Shown here: positions 1 through 11,454 of the stretch, in pieces
Layout: the number at the start of each line of letters is the position of its first letter
Position numbering within the stretch: position 1 is the first letter of the stretch
From: Lepidodermella squamata
Lineage: Eukaryota; Animalia; Gastrotricha
DNA length: 64,000 bases
Direction: 5' to 3'
Assembly (NCBI GenBank): GCA_047495785.1
Contig: JBLDXI010000007.1
Location: 1,116,001 to 1,180,000, forward strand
Notes under the pieces: generated by a model
Databases searched by the model: none
What the model saw: the letters and a program-made list of their open reading frames with translations, nothing else
What the model was told of the DNA's origin: nothing
Made by a program: the position numbers and the translations under genes

Positions 1-308
1 GATTAAGCTTTACGAAACGTGGCACGCCGTTCTACTTATATTCCTACGCGTTCTCATTTATGTTTCATTCGTAGCCTAAGCCGTCCACGTGTCGAATATT
101 CGAACACTACAACGCGTTGGTTCAAAGCGCTAAATAAATCGATCGGTCGATTGACACTATTTTAAGTGCAGTCTGAATTTTTAACTCGCAGACCGCAGAC
201 ATGTCACTGTGCTCGTCTGGGGAAGTGCATTGAATACATATTATAATTGAATGATTACATTTTAGTAACGTTACACTCAGCGTATCGTTTCATCTTAGAA
301 GCGTTATC

Positions 309-1713
309 ATGCCACGTAAATCATGTACGAAGGAGGACAAAGAGCGACGAGTCGAGTTTTGCCGCGTATGTGGTATTTTTTAATATTATTAAGGCGGAAT
401 TTTTAAAATAAGACAACTCTATCCTAACAGGTGTGTGGCATCGAAGTGCCGCGGCGAAAGTTGTTTCAACCGAAAATATGTTTTGCTTGCCAGAAGTACT
501 TCAGTCGAAAGGTGTTATACCGCGACGAAATAAAGTGCATCCGTGGTACCAATAACTGCGATATTGAGCCAAAAACTCGCCGTTTTTGCGGACGATGCCG
601 CTTGGAGCGATGCATTGCAGCTGGAATGAAAAGTATTGCAGTTTAATATTGGGGCAAACAACGAAATTTAGTAAATTTTTAGGAAAAGAGGCTTATGATA
701 AGCGTAACTCTACAACTGAACTTCATCTTTTGGTATTGGATTCTTGTGACAGCTGTTCGTCAACGTCCTCCTCTTTGCCTTTCGAGCCAGTAATTCATAG
801 AGCCTCTGAGGTCGAAAGGGCTCTTCTTACATCTACTCATGCAATCACTTTTCTATTAGGGCTTGAATTCGTAAGGTCTTATCTTTTTTATTTGCATCAA
901 CTCCAGTACCTTTGTCCTTTGTGTTAGCTACCAATGAAAATGTACCATGGACCAATCGACGACGGTCTTGTTCGGGAACTGAGTGTGAAGCAGATAGCTC
1001 AAATGAACGATACAGGGGATAAATTTGCAGGCTTTCTGCAAGGCATTGATTCACTGAACTCCTAGGATTATTATCAAAGTTTGATTTTTTTCAGATGCTT
1101 ATGGCTTTGGTGAAGTTGAGAAATCGACGCTGCTAGCTACGGGTCTTCTGCCAATCGTCATTGTATTCTGTGCCATGCCGTCGAATTCCGTCAGGCATAC
1201 AGTTAACCCGCAAACGCTGAAGCAAATAACGAAATTGTGCCCTGCCCTAGACGTAACGATTTGTTAATTTTTGAAGATTAATCCTAATGCGCAGTTCTTA
1301 TGAAGGAGGCGGAAAGCGACATAGCAAGTCTTGGGAGTATCCTCGAAGAATGGAAACCGAGTTTTCTCGAATCTGCGCTTCTTTTTCTGCTCCTTGCTTT
1401 CAATCGTGAGCATTTATACTTTCTTCTAAAATTTCGATTTTCTTTTGTTTTTTATTTAGCGACCATTGCAAGTATCAGCCAGCAAATGGCGAATATTCGC
1501 AAGCTTTTTCAAATGGCGTTCAACATGGTAGAATCGAAACAGATGTGCTGTGGCGGGCGAAGTTCGGCTCCGTACTTATCTCGAACAGTTCGCCTGCTCG
1601 ATCGCATTAGTTCGATTGTAAAATCGGCGATTCAAGCTGCATGGGAGAGAACCAGGGTCGAATTCAACGAACAGTCAGTCACAAGCATTGACAAATTCAT
1701 GTGCGATCAGTGA
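309..1713 (+). CDS. Divergent nuclear hormone receptor, copy A (7 exons, ~357 aa)
   Basis: Hand-spliced exons 309-365, 431-632, 683-870, 928-1042, 1095-1252, 1306-1405 and 1460-1713 stay in frame. C4 DBD: CRVC-x14-CFAC...C-x6-C-x9-CGRCRLERCIAAGMK. LBD-like segment ESALLFLLLAFNP. Intron 1043-1094 is GC-AG. Confidence 0.88.
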
Positions 1714-3055
1714 AGCGATTTGTTAAATCTTGAAAATTTGACTCATCCTGGTATCATCGGGAATGAATCATTTGTCTCATAGTTGACCGTTTTGTCATGA
1801 ACGCATGAAAGCATCAACTTCGATTGTATCTACCAGTTCAGTTTATAGAACGACACGTGGCGACTGCAGTTATGAATGAAACATTAATAAGAATGCTTTT
1901 GATTATAAAAGTAGAACGGCGTGCCAGATTTCCTGAAGCTGACTTAATGCAATACACCAGTGAATAGCGCTTATTGATTCAATAAATAATACGAAATTCG
2001 TTTGATGGCTCTGTTTTGTGGAGGAAAACTTGTAGGGTTTGTATCAAAAAACAAAACACATATGTTGTAGTTGGTATAGTCTCCATTTGATTCCGCGAGA
2101 CCCGAAGATTCCCGGCGGCGATAGAAGTAAAAGCTATCAAGGACCAATATTCGCTGAATTGAGGATTTTTCTGATACCTTGATCCTTGTTTGTATGAATA
2201 GAGCTAGTTTTAAGATAGAGGTCCTACTCCTGACTAAGCCTGTAAACGCCATGGGCACCAAATGTGTGATGAATCAGCATCGAGTGGTTAGAAAAGTAAA
2301 CAAATCAGGTGATTTTCTATCGCTTATTATTCTAGTTCCAGATAGCTCTTGAAACGATGCTCACATTGATTATTTTTTCGAAATTTTAACTATTTTTGAA
2401 ACTCGCAGCCATTTCAATCGCCGCTGGCGTATTTCCATCAAGTAGGCGGTGTAGATCCTCGTTGGTGATGACCATCGATTGATACCCAGATCGGTATCAG
2501 TTATAATATAACGGTCCATGACAAAGGTATGACAGTCAGGCGAACCTGGTGAATATTCCCAATAGGTCAATTGCCACACAATGAATTTCGTATGTAAATC
2601 GTTAATTATGCATAAAATGATCGATTTTCGCCAAGCATTTTTTTGCTAATTTTTTGCTTCGAATTGTTTTAATAACTCCGTAACCATGAGGAATTTTTTA
2701 TAGCGGGCTTCACCAGTCGATAGATCTAGTCTGTTGTAAACTTTCCTAAAATCCTGGTTAAATTGGGATAAAATTTGCGAAATTGGTGACGAAAATGCTT
2801 CTTGTGCTTTTGAAGAAAAAAATCATTCTTGAAAAATGCTATTTTTGCATGTGACTTGGGGCAATCATTTTTCTTGTCAGAGGGTTCAGATTTTGGCGGT
2901 ATTGACATCACTCCCTGCTAAGAATATGGTCCAATTTAGCTTTACTCCAGGAAAATGACAAAAAACGCTAAAACCTGGTAAATAGCATTTTTCAAAAATG
3001 AACTTTTCAAAAATGAAGCAGTAGCACGATGGAATTAAGCAATCTTGGATGGCTC

Positions 3056-3330
3056 AGAATACAGAAACACTTTTCTTGTAGGAATGACTGTATGAATCGA
3101 GGTTCCGCAGGAACCGAAGATGAATACAGTCATGAGTTTTACAGTGTTTCTGTATTCTGAGTAAATCCTAGATTGCTTTTCTCCTCTGTATCTGCTAAAA
3201 ACTCGGAGAAACGTAGCTAGAAAGTGCGGGAAAAAGTGATCTTGTACGCCATTTATATAGGAAAATGCGATAATAAAAAGTCCATCTTAATAAAAGTGTT
3301 TCTGTATTGTACAGGAATACAGAAACACTA
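3056..3330. repeat. Short inverted repeats of AATACAGAAACACT (MITE-like relic)
   Basis: CAGAATACAGAAACACT at ~3056, its reverse complement AGTGTTTCTGTATTCTG at ~3143, and a second inverted pair at ~3295-3329. Confidence 0.55.
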
Positions 3331-3578
3331 TTTCTGTATCGTTTGTTAGCCTCAATCATAGGAGAATAAATTATTTAAAATAGCCTTAAAATGGTTTGGA
3401 GTATCCTATAGTCCAAGCCTCTGAACACTGTTAGGTTCTATTCTATTGAAAATTAGCAATTACAAACTGAACGGGTATATACCGAAGCTACGCTGCAATC
3501 TAACGTTATACACGTTTAACATATTCGGATTATTCGATTCCGATGATACTATAGGATGAATCAAATCTTCAAAAGATT

Positions 3579-4889
3579 TCATAGATCGTACACAAATTTG
3601 TCAATGGTTGTTGCGGACTGTTCGCTGAAGTCGGCCCTGAATCTCTCCCATTTTGCTTGAATCGCCGATTTTACAATTACACTGATGCGATCAAGTAGGC
3701 GAACTGTTCGGGAAAAGTAAGGAAGGGAACTTCGCCCACCAAAGCACATCTGCTTCGATTCTACCATGTTGAACGCCATTTCAAACAGCCTGCGAACATT
3801 CGCCATTTGATAACTGGTACCCGCAACGGTCGCTGAGAAATTAAACAGGCAAAATAGATATGAAATGGGAAGAAAATTTGCTTACGATTGAAAGCAAGGA
3901 GCAAAAAAAGAAGCGCAGATTCGAGAAAGTTCGGGTTCCATTCTTCGAGGATTAAATTACGTCTAGCTCAGGGAACGATTTCTTTATAAGCTTCAGTGTT
4001 TGCGGGTTAACTGTATGCTTGACAGAATTCGACGGCATGGCACAGAATGCAAAGACGATGGGCAGAAGAGACGTAGCTAGCAGCGTCGATTTCTCAATGT
4101 CACCAAAGCCATAAGCTTCTGAAAAATTCAAGTTAAAAATTTGAAAATAATCCGTTGAATTATTGCCTTGCAGAAAGCCAGCAAATGTATCCCCTGTGTC
4201 GTTCAATTGGGCTACCTGCGTCACACTCATTTCTCGAACACGAATTTCATCAATTGGCCCATGGTACATTTTCATGGGTAGCTGAGACAAAGGTACTAGA
4301 TTTTATGCAAATCCAAAAGGAAAGATCTTACAAATTCAAGCCCTAGCAGGAGGGTGACTGCATGGGTAGATGTAAGCAGAGCGTTTTCGACTTCGGAGGC
4401 TCCATCAAATGCAGGCTCGAATGTTAAAGGGGAAGAAATCGACGAGCAACCATCCGACAAATCCAATTTAACAGGTTGAAGTTCGGTTGCAGAGTTGCGC
4501 CTATCATAAGCACCGTTTCCTAAAAAATTACTCAATTTCGTAAATTGTAATTATTAATTGCAGCAGTACCGTGCATTCTAGCTGCAACGCATCGGTCCAA
4601 ACGGCATCGTCCGCAAAGACGGCGAATTTTCGGCTCGATTTTGCAGTTATTGGTACCACTAATACACCTCATTTCGTCGCGGTATATCACATTTCGGCTG
4701 TAATATTTCTGGCAAGCGAAACATATTTTCGGCTGAAACAACTTTCGCCGCGGCACTTTGACGCCACACACCTGTGAAATAGTTTTCTTATTTTGAAAAT
4801 TCCGCCTTAATATCAAAAAAAATAACACATACGCGGCACAACTCGACTCGTCGCTCTTTGCCCTCCTTGGTGCATGATCTATGCGGCAT
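3579..4889 (-). pseudogene. Nuclear receptor paralogue B; probably disrupted by an internal deletion
   Basis: Colinear with copy A (MPHRSCTKEGKERRVELCRVCGVKVPRRKLFQPKICFACQKYYSR...) with the same intron positions. At ~3945-3960 the intron-5 acceptor and the start of exon 6 are missing, and read-through hits TAA (ELDVI*). Confidence 0.72.
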
Positions 4890-6578
4890 GATAACGCTTC
4901 TAAGATCAAATGATAAGCTGAGTTGCAAACATTTAATCATACATATATGTGTTGTAGAATGCATTTCCTATTCCTAGACGCGCGCAGTGACATGATTGAG
5001 TTAAAGACTACGCGTAGGAGTTTTAGTAGCTAGGCGTGGCACATTGCCTGGGAACTACAGCTACTTAATACAATAAATCACTTCGTGAATAGCGATTTTA
5101 GTTCGGAGGTTAGTTCGAAATGTGACTCTGGCGTAGTGTGGAGGAAAACCTGTAAGGTTAACAAAAAGAATAACCGCATATATGGTTGGTAGAGACTTCG
5201 CACTTGTCTTCGCTAGACCCAAAGATTCCGGCGATGACAGAACTGGCTGAGAGACTTCTAACATCCACTCACACTACCGGCACTGCCGTCGACTTAGAAG
5301 TGGTACCGCTCGGACGAGTTGGTATGCTGTTACCACCTGTTCGGTTTCAACTACCAACTACTCCTTTACGGGTTCCAGCGAACGCTTTATTTGGGCCTAG
5401 AAAAAAGACAGACATCCGAATTCAACCAATTTGAGTTTTTAAATTGTAACGCGAAGAGAGGCGCGGAAATATCGAATTTCAGCTTGAAAATTCGACATTT
5501 TTACCTCGGTTGGAGCGTCTGGAAGTCTGTGGTTGGAGTATTTTGTGTCTGACATTTTCGACATTTCAAGAAATTGATGGTTCACGGAACATTTCCGCTG
5601 AATTTGCACTGACTTAAACGCTCAACTCATGGCTATACAAGTTAAATAGTTCTTCGCATTCAATATTGTGTCACTTGAGGTTAATTACATGTGTTTTAGT
5701 GGTTCCTAGCTATCTAAGGGTTTTGAGCCCAACTCAAAGGGTCTCAAAAGTCTGAGAACCCGACCCGCTCCCGGCCCGGCCTGCCTCTTAGCATTTTACA
5801 AACATTTTACAATGATCGAAACTAGATCGTATTTTCCACCGAGAAACCTCAAAACAATTGTTAAAATTCGGTGAAAAATCGTTGAAGGTCAAACTTAGGC
5901 TCGAAAGAAAAGCCGCGTTTAGATCCATCGACAATTGTTTCAATTTCATATTCATTCTTGTCGATTTCCCATTCTTTCATTTGCCCGCTCAAAAAACTTT
6001 AAAATGCATTTTGAATAATTTAGAAAAATAATAAAATCACGAAAAAATAACCATCTCGTTCCTCTTAATATTCTCTTCCCGGTTCCATCAACAAACTTGA
6101 GACAACCAACTCTGATTTAACGGAATCGATCGAACAAAAATCATCTTCTGGAACCCGTAAAGGTAAAGTTGAAACGTAAAGCGTAAAGTTGAAACCGACC
6201 AGGTGTTAACAGCTGATCCAGCAGTTCTGTATGGAAGAGAGGTATCTTTCGATGCCATGCATGACTCATGAATCAGCTGACTGAAATGCGTCTCAGAGGC
6301 ATTAACTTTCAATTCATTTCGGAAACAGGATTCAATGATGTACCTGTATAGAGTTCATCATTTATTTTTCTCTAATGGAACATGCACCCGCTATCCTGAT
6401 TTTTCCTGATTTTTACCTTCGGGCTTGCGGAATTAAAAGATTTCGCGGCCATATAATACGTCACGCGTAATAAATACCTGGATTAGTTAGCCCCATGATC
6501 CTGCGTGGCAAGTGTTCAAAAATAACACTTTTGCCACAAGAAAAAACAATCAATTTCGACCATCGATCAGCAAGCAGC

Positions 6579-8098
6579 ATGGACACGTGTTTCGCATTGA
6601 AAGCTGAAATAACCTCAATTAACCAGTCCTGGTTTTGCCTGGAAGAATACAACGGCACAACAGACGAATGTTTGTTCTCCTACGAGCAACAATTCAATCG
6701 CCAACATACAGGATGTGGCTACTTGGAAGCAGCTCTAATCATTATCGCCGGGTTATGCGTATTTCCATGCAATATTATCGCATTAAAAAACTTCAGGGAT
6801 CGGAAAGTCAACCATGAATTCATGCTGCTAATCACTTCTCTGGTGGCTTGCAACATGGCTTTTGGAGGTCTTGCAATTTACCGCGGAATTTTGAGGTTTG
6901 AAATGAGTGGCAATTTTCCGACAGATTTTCTATATTTTTCCGTGAATTTCAGGGCTACTGACTGGATTGATGCGTATGGCTGTCCTTTTATTTTGACATT
7001 CGGCGGGGCGACTTTCACGGTTTCCTTCTACATTTTCGCCTTAATCAGTATCGAAAGAAATATGAGTGTTCGATCTTCATCTTATGGAAGAAGCATCGCC
7101 ATGCTGACCCATCACATCACAAGGTCACCTATCGCCTATAATTTCCCACAGGCCGGCCGATCCGATCACTATTGGCACCTGGTCGCAGCCATTTTCGGCA
7201 TAGTTGTAACAGTTTCACTCGCCTATTTTGTCCAGCTGGTTAGTGGCGGAGCTGTTCAAACTATGCCTATGGTCATTCGAGGTGTTAGAGGTGGTACTCA
7301 GCCGATCAATGTTTGCGTTTCGTTTACTGCTAGGCAGTTTTTCAGTGGAACCGCTCTAAGCATTGCCTTCGGCTTACTCACCCTGGGAATTCCTCTTTTT
7401 ATTATAATAATTAATTACAGGTAAAATAACTGAAAAAGTCCGCCTTAAAAATAGGTCATCCGTGACATTTGACAAAATTTAAAAAAAAATTTTAAATTAT
7501 ATTGATATTTTAAATTTTTAACTTCGTCTATTCATTTTCTTATTCAATTCAAGACTTGATTAAATAAAAAAATTAATATAAAAAATTTCAAATGAAAATT
7601 ATTTTTTCGAAAATTTAAACTGAAAATCCTATCGATTTATTGCTTTCAAAAATTATTGGTAAATTTTATTTATTTTATAGTTGCCTCTGGCACCATGTTA
7701 GAGCTGTTCACAGGGCGTCAATTCTTCGCAGCAATACGAGTAATGCCGCTGTTAACATGAAACGGCAACGCCGCCGCGAAACCGTCCTAGCTCTTCTGAT
7801 GTTGGCTTCGGTTTCTGAATTCATCCTCTGCATCACCCCCATGATTTTGGCCATCAGTGCTATCAATTACGACGGCGAGTTTGGCGGGCGAAAAATGCAG
7901 TCTTCAGTGCTGTTTTACTCGATTTTCATTCAGGTCATCGATTCGGCTTTGAATCCTTTCTGGTCAAGCTTTGTGATGGTTCGACCAACCGTGAAATCTC
8001 CCAAGCTAGCGACGCCGTTGAATTATTCTCAGAATAATAGTTTAGCTGGAAATCAAAATACGATAGCTTCTGATTCGAACGCAGATGTTCAAAAATAA
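6579..8098 (+). CDS. Rhodopsin-like (class A) GPCR, orphan
   Basis: Seven hydrophobic segments. TM3 ends ISIERN (DRY-like), TM5 GIPLFIIIINY, TM6 FILCITP, TM7 DSALNPFW (NPxxY-like). Intron 7421-7680 and a likely in-frame 57-nt intron 6896-6952. Confidence 0.88.
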
Positions 8099-8162
8099 TT
8101 GAAACACCCTAAAAAAATGTCGTAAAATGATAGGAATAAAAATCTATATTTTATTTCAAGAT

Positions 8163-9554
8163 TCAGTTAAATTCTGCGAACTTCAAGTAATCAGTTATCG
8201 ATTGAGGCAATCCTAATCTATCAATAAAATTTGACCTCAATCCTAATCCCATAGGTAAGCAAGACACAATTTTAGAGCGGCATAGCGCTTGAAGAGATCG
8301 AGGATAAGCTTTCGAACATTCATCAACAAAAATAAAATGAGACCTGGTCAAATTTCGACTTTGAACTTCGATGAATAGCCGAACTTGCGGCAAAGGAAAA
8401 TTATGTCTCGGTCTGCATTCGATGAGAATTTTGCTTAGCATGGCCACAATAGTTTCCTGGTCTGAGTTTTCGGTGGGTAATTCATCAAAATATCGCGTAA
8501 AATTGAACCAATCAGAGCAGTAAGGCCAGTCTAATGATCGATCCCAATCCAAAGGATCAGGATAGCAGAGTGATCCGGATTTGACAAGCGGTAAAATCGC
8601 GTTTTGAATCATGGAACGGCACCTGGGAAAATCGCCCGATTTCAACATTTTTCCAGCGATCAAAAAGCATTCGGCGAGAACTGTTTGAGCCTGACTCAAA
8701 TTTCGCTTCTTCGCTCGAGAAATTATAGAAGAATCGAATTTCGAAGCAGCATCAATAATAGCTTCAGCGGCAGAAATCGCTTTGTATTCGATGAGTTTTG
8801 GGACGTAATTTATTGTAAATTTACCCCAAACCGGGCCTCCAACGATACTTTGAGTTAGAACCCTGACAATCCTACCCAATCGACCCTGCCAATTATCAAC
8901 GGTGCCAATCGATTTAGGCGGTAAATTTTCCAATGAATAAACCAACAAATCGTAGGAAGCATCGGCGCCATTTTCGACTAACAGTTCTACGGCTTGATCG
9001 AAATAAAGCACGACTGCTCGTTGTAATAAATGCGACCTCACGCACCAAGGGACAATTCGGCGATTCGATTGAAAAAATTGCCGCAGACTTGCGATGTCCA
9101 TCGAATTTAAGGCGCACCACAGAAATAGGGCTGAAATTGGCTGAAAAATCTGTACCTGCTTCCCGATCATTCTTCGGTTGATATTTGAAGTAAATTGTTG
9201 ATAAATTTGATTATTTGAATTATCAGTTGGACGTTTTTCGATCCAAACTCGGCATTCCGGGTGGAAATCACTGTCGAAGAGAAGAAGGTTATCCGGCCTA
9301 GTTTTGCTTTGAAACGAGCTATTGATGCGCGACGAAGCGTGAACAGCTCTTCGTCGGGTTACCATTGCGATCTCTTCAGCTGTAGACCGAAGTTCCGTGA
9401 TGAAAGGAACCTCCGATAGAGGACATGAGCAGCCACAAGAAGATGTCGATATTACTACTGGAACTTGCTTCGTGCTAACTGCTAAGCTCGTTTTAGCGCT
9501 GCTTAACTGCCTTCTGTAAGGCAATCTCGCTGAATGTGACATGATTATTTTCAA
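8163..9554 (-). CDS. Ankyrin-like/SOCS-box protein (ASB-like); true start probably internal
   Basis: AVELLVENGAD ankyrin half-repeat; C-terminal SOCS box PRSLQALCRSKIV...IDRLGLPQSITDYLKF. Confidence 0.85.
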   Translation of the reverse strand: MKIIMSHSARLPYRRQLSSAKTSLAVSTKQVPVVISTSSCGCSCPLSEVPFITELRSTAEEIAMVTRRRAVHASSRINSSFQSKTRPDNLLLFDSDFHPECRVWIEKRPTDNSNNQIYQQFTSNINRRMIGKQVQIFQPISALFLWCALNSMDIASLRQFFQSNRRIVPWCVRSHLLQRAVVLYFDQAVELLVENGADASYDLLVYSLENLPPKSIGTVDNWQGRLGRIVRVLTQSIVGGPVWGKFTINYVPKLIEYKAISAAEAIIDAASKFDSSIISRAKKRNLSQAQTVLAECFLIAGKMLKSGDFPRCRSMIQNAILPLVKSGSLCYPDPLDWDRSLDWPYCSDWFNFTRYFDELPTENSDQETIVAMLSKILIECRPRHNFPLPQVRLFIEVQSRNLTRSHFIFVDECSKAYPRSLQALCRSKIVSCLPMGLGLRSNFIDRLGLPQSITDYLKFAEFN

Positions 9555-10165
9555 AAATTAATTGTCCTAAGAAAGCTGAAAGGTTCGAACTTTATTTTGT
9601 GCTCTGGATTGGCTTTAGCCCGGAACAAAAAAACTAGCAAACGGAAGTTCCCACTTCAGCGAATTGCCTTCATTTCTCGTGCAGCCAGACTTCCTAGACT
9701 TGCTATCAACAAAAACGGGCTTTTTGAAAAATTTCTTATACTCAGTATTCCTAAAATTTTCAATCCATATTGGTCTGATTGCGCGCTGAAATTTTCGAAA
9801 TCTTGAAATTCAGCCAATTATCTTTAATTTTAATTGTTAATTTAATTTAGGGTCTTTGGTCACCCTTATAAGTTAATTTTTAAGAGAATCCTGCTTTTTT
9901 TCTGCAATAACCCTTAATTTGTTGATTGGTGATTTCTAGAGTCGGAAAAAAATGGCCGCTCAGCTGCCTGGTGCAGTTGGCATGGGGCGGAAACGAAGGT
10001 AACGAGTTCCTTAGCGAAGAACAGGCGCCGTAATTTATTGATTAATCCTAGTTTTTTTTCGACATCGAACAATTCAGAAAACACAGCCACAGCTCAAAAG
10101 AAACAAAACAACGGCGAAATATAAATTCATCAATTTCCAATATAATTGGCGGGTTAAAGAAATCT

Positions 10166-11371
10166 TCAACAAATTTTAATATCGAATTCGTCAAAATTAA
10201 GGTAGCTTTTCAAGCAAGGCGGTAACATTGAAAGACTAAGGATTGCTTGATCGCGGGCCTTCAGGCCGCGAGGTAGCTGATCGATAATCACATGTCGGCA
10301 TAAGGATTGAAGTTTGAGGGGGAAACTCGCCCTCACGGCCCGGCCAAATTTCCGATATTTCATTACGAGATCGTTATTTTTATCAAAATCATCAACATGA
10401 GAAACTATTTGAGAGGATGAAATAGGGCCGAAACCAGCTGTCAACAATTCGAGAAATTTCGAAGGTCGAAAATAAAATTTGCGTCGAAGTTCGAAAAGCA
10501 AGTCAATAAAAACATTTGACCGGCCCCAAATTAACGAGGAAAATTTTTCGATTTCACAATAAAATAATGGTAGATTTGTAGGAATAGCCGGCAACTCTTC
10601 AAAAGGGTCAGGCGATAAAAAACCGCCAGATCTCAAAATAGGCAACAATGCGAAAGAAATAATTTTCAAAGTATTTAAAAGATTAAAACCGAAATAAACA
10701 TTTGAATTAAGGAGGTCGTAGAACACAGCTGACAGTGGCGTGCATTTTGAATAAGGAACAATTGAAAAAGCGGCGAAATTCGCGGATTCAACGATGCGGA
10801 ACGCAGCTTCTCGACCATACTGAGCGATGTAAGCCAATTTATGAAGAGCCGTCGTATTACGGCCGTAATACGTCTCGTCATTCGACCACTGATAAGGCAG
10901 ACCAGGGTCTCGGATCGAAACATCGGCGCCATGTTCGATAAGAGACGTGATGATGCTGGTGAAAGCTGCTGAGTTCTTCCGAAACTGGCCCTCAGGAATT
11001 CGATACATCACCCCAGGCCCATTTATGTTGATCACATGAGTCATTGCGACTGAATCGTTGCCAGTTCGAAAGTCCTTAGCCGGGTGGTTCGGGTTGGCGC
11101 CGTGTTTGAGCAGTAATTTGACCCCGTTCGCGAATAATCGGTCACAGGCGCGTAATAAACATCTCGCAAATGAGTCTGGCGTAATGAATGAGTCAGTTCG
11201 GCTGAGGACTGAGGCTAGGGTTGCCTCATCGTGGTCATCAATTACCTCGCCCAGAAGCTCCTCGATGTTGTACGAACAACAGCTAGCATTATTCACGGCT
11301 AATTTCGCCTCTTCGACTAGAACGTCGAGTTGAATTTCGATATTGTCAAGTTCGAATTGAAGCTCAAACAT
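10166..11371 (-). CDS. Ankyrin/SOCS-box protein (ASB-like), single long ORF
   Basis: VKLLLKHGANPN, LIEHGADV, TALHKLA; SOCS box PLKLQSLCRHVI...LPPCLKSYLNF. Confidence 0.9.
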   Translation of the reverse strand: MFELQFELDNIEIQLDVLVEEAKLAVNNASCCSYNIEELLGEVIDDHDEATLASVLSRTDSFITPDSFARCLLRACDRLFANGVKLLLKHGANPNHPAKDFRTGNDSVAMTHVININGPGVMYRIPEGQFRKNSAAFTSIITSLIEHGADVSIRDPGLPYQWSNDETYYGRNTTALHKLAYIAQYGREAAFRIVESANFAAFSIVPYSKCTPLSAVFYDLLNSNVYFGFNLLNTLKIISFALLPILRSGGFLSPDPFEELPAIPTNLPLFYCEIEKFSSLIWGRSNVFIDLLFELRRKFYFRPSKFLELLTAGFGPISSSQIVSHVDDFDKNNDLVMKYRKFGRAVRASFPLKLQSLCRHVIIDQLPRGLKARDQAILSLSMLPPCLKSYLNFDEFDIKIC

Positions 11372-11454
11372 TCGAAAAAAATCTAAAATTTTTTTTAAAA
11401 AATAATTAACTGATTTTTAAACAATTTATTAGACTAAATTAAATTAAGAAAAAT

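Noticed and set aside
1295-1305. Apparent frameshift in NR copy A at the CAG acceptor (1294)
   Set aside because: The AAG acceptor at 1305 gives a typical 53-nt intron and restores the frame.
7124-7151. Possible extra GPCR intron GTCACC...CCCACAG
   Set aside because: 28 nt is below the local size class and would break the frame; left unresolved.
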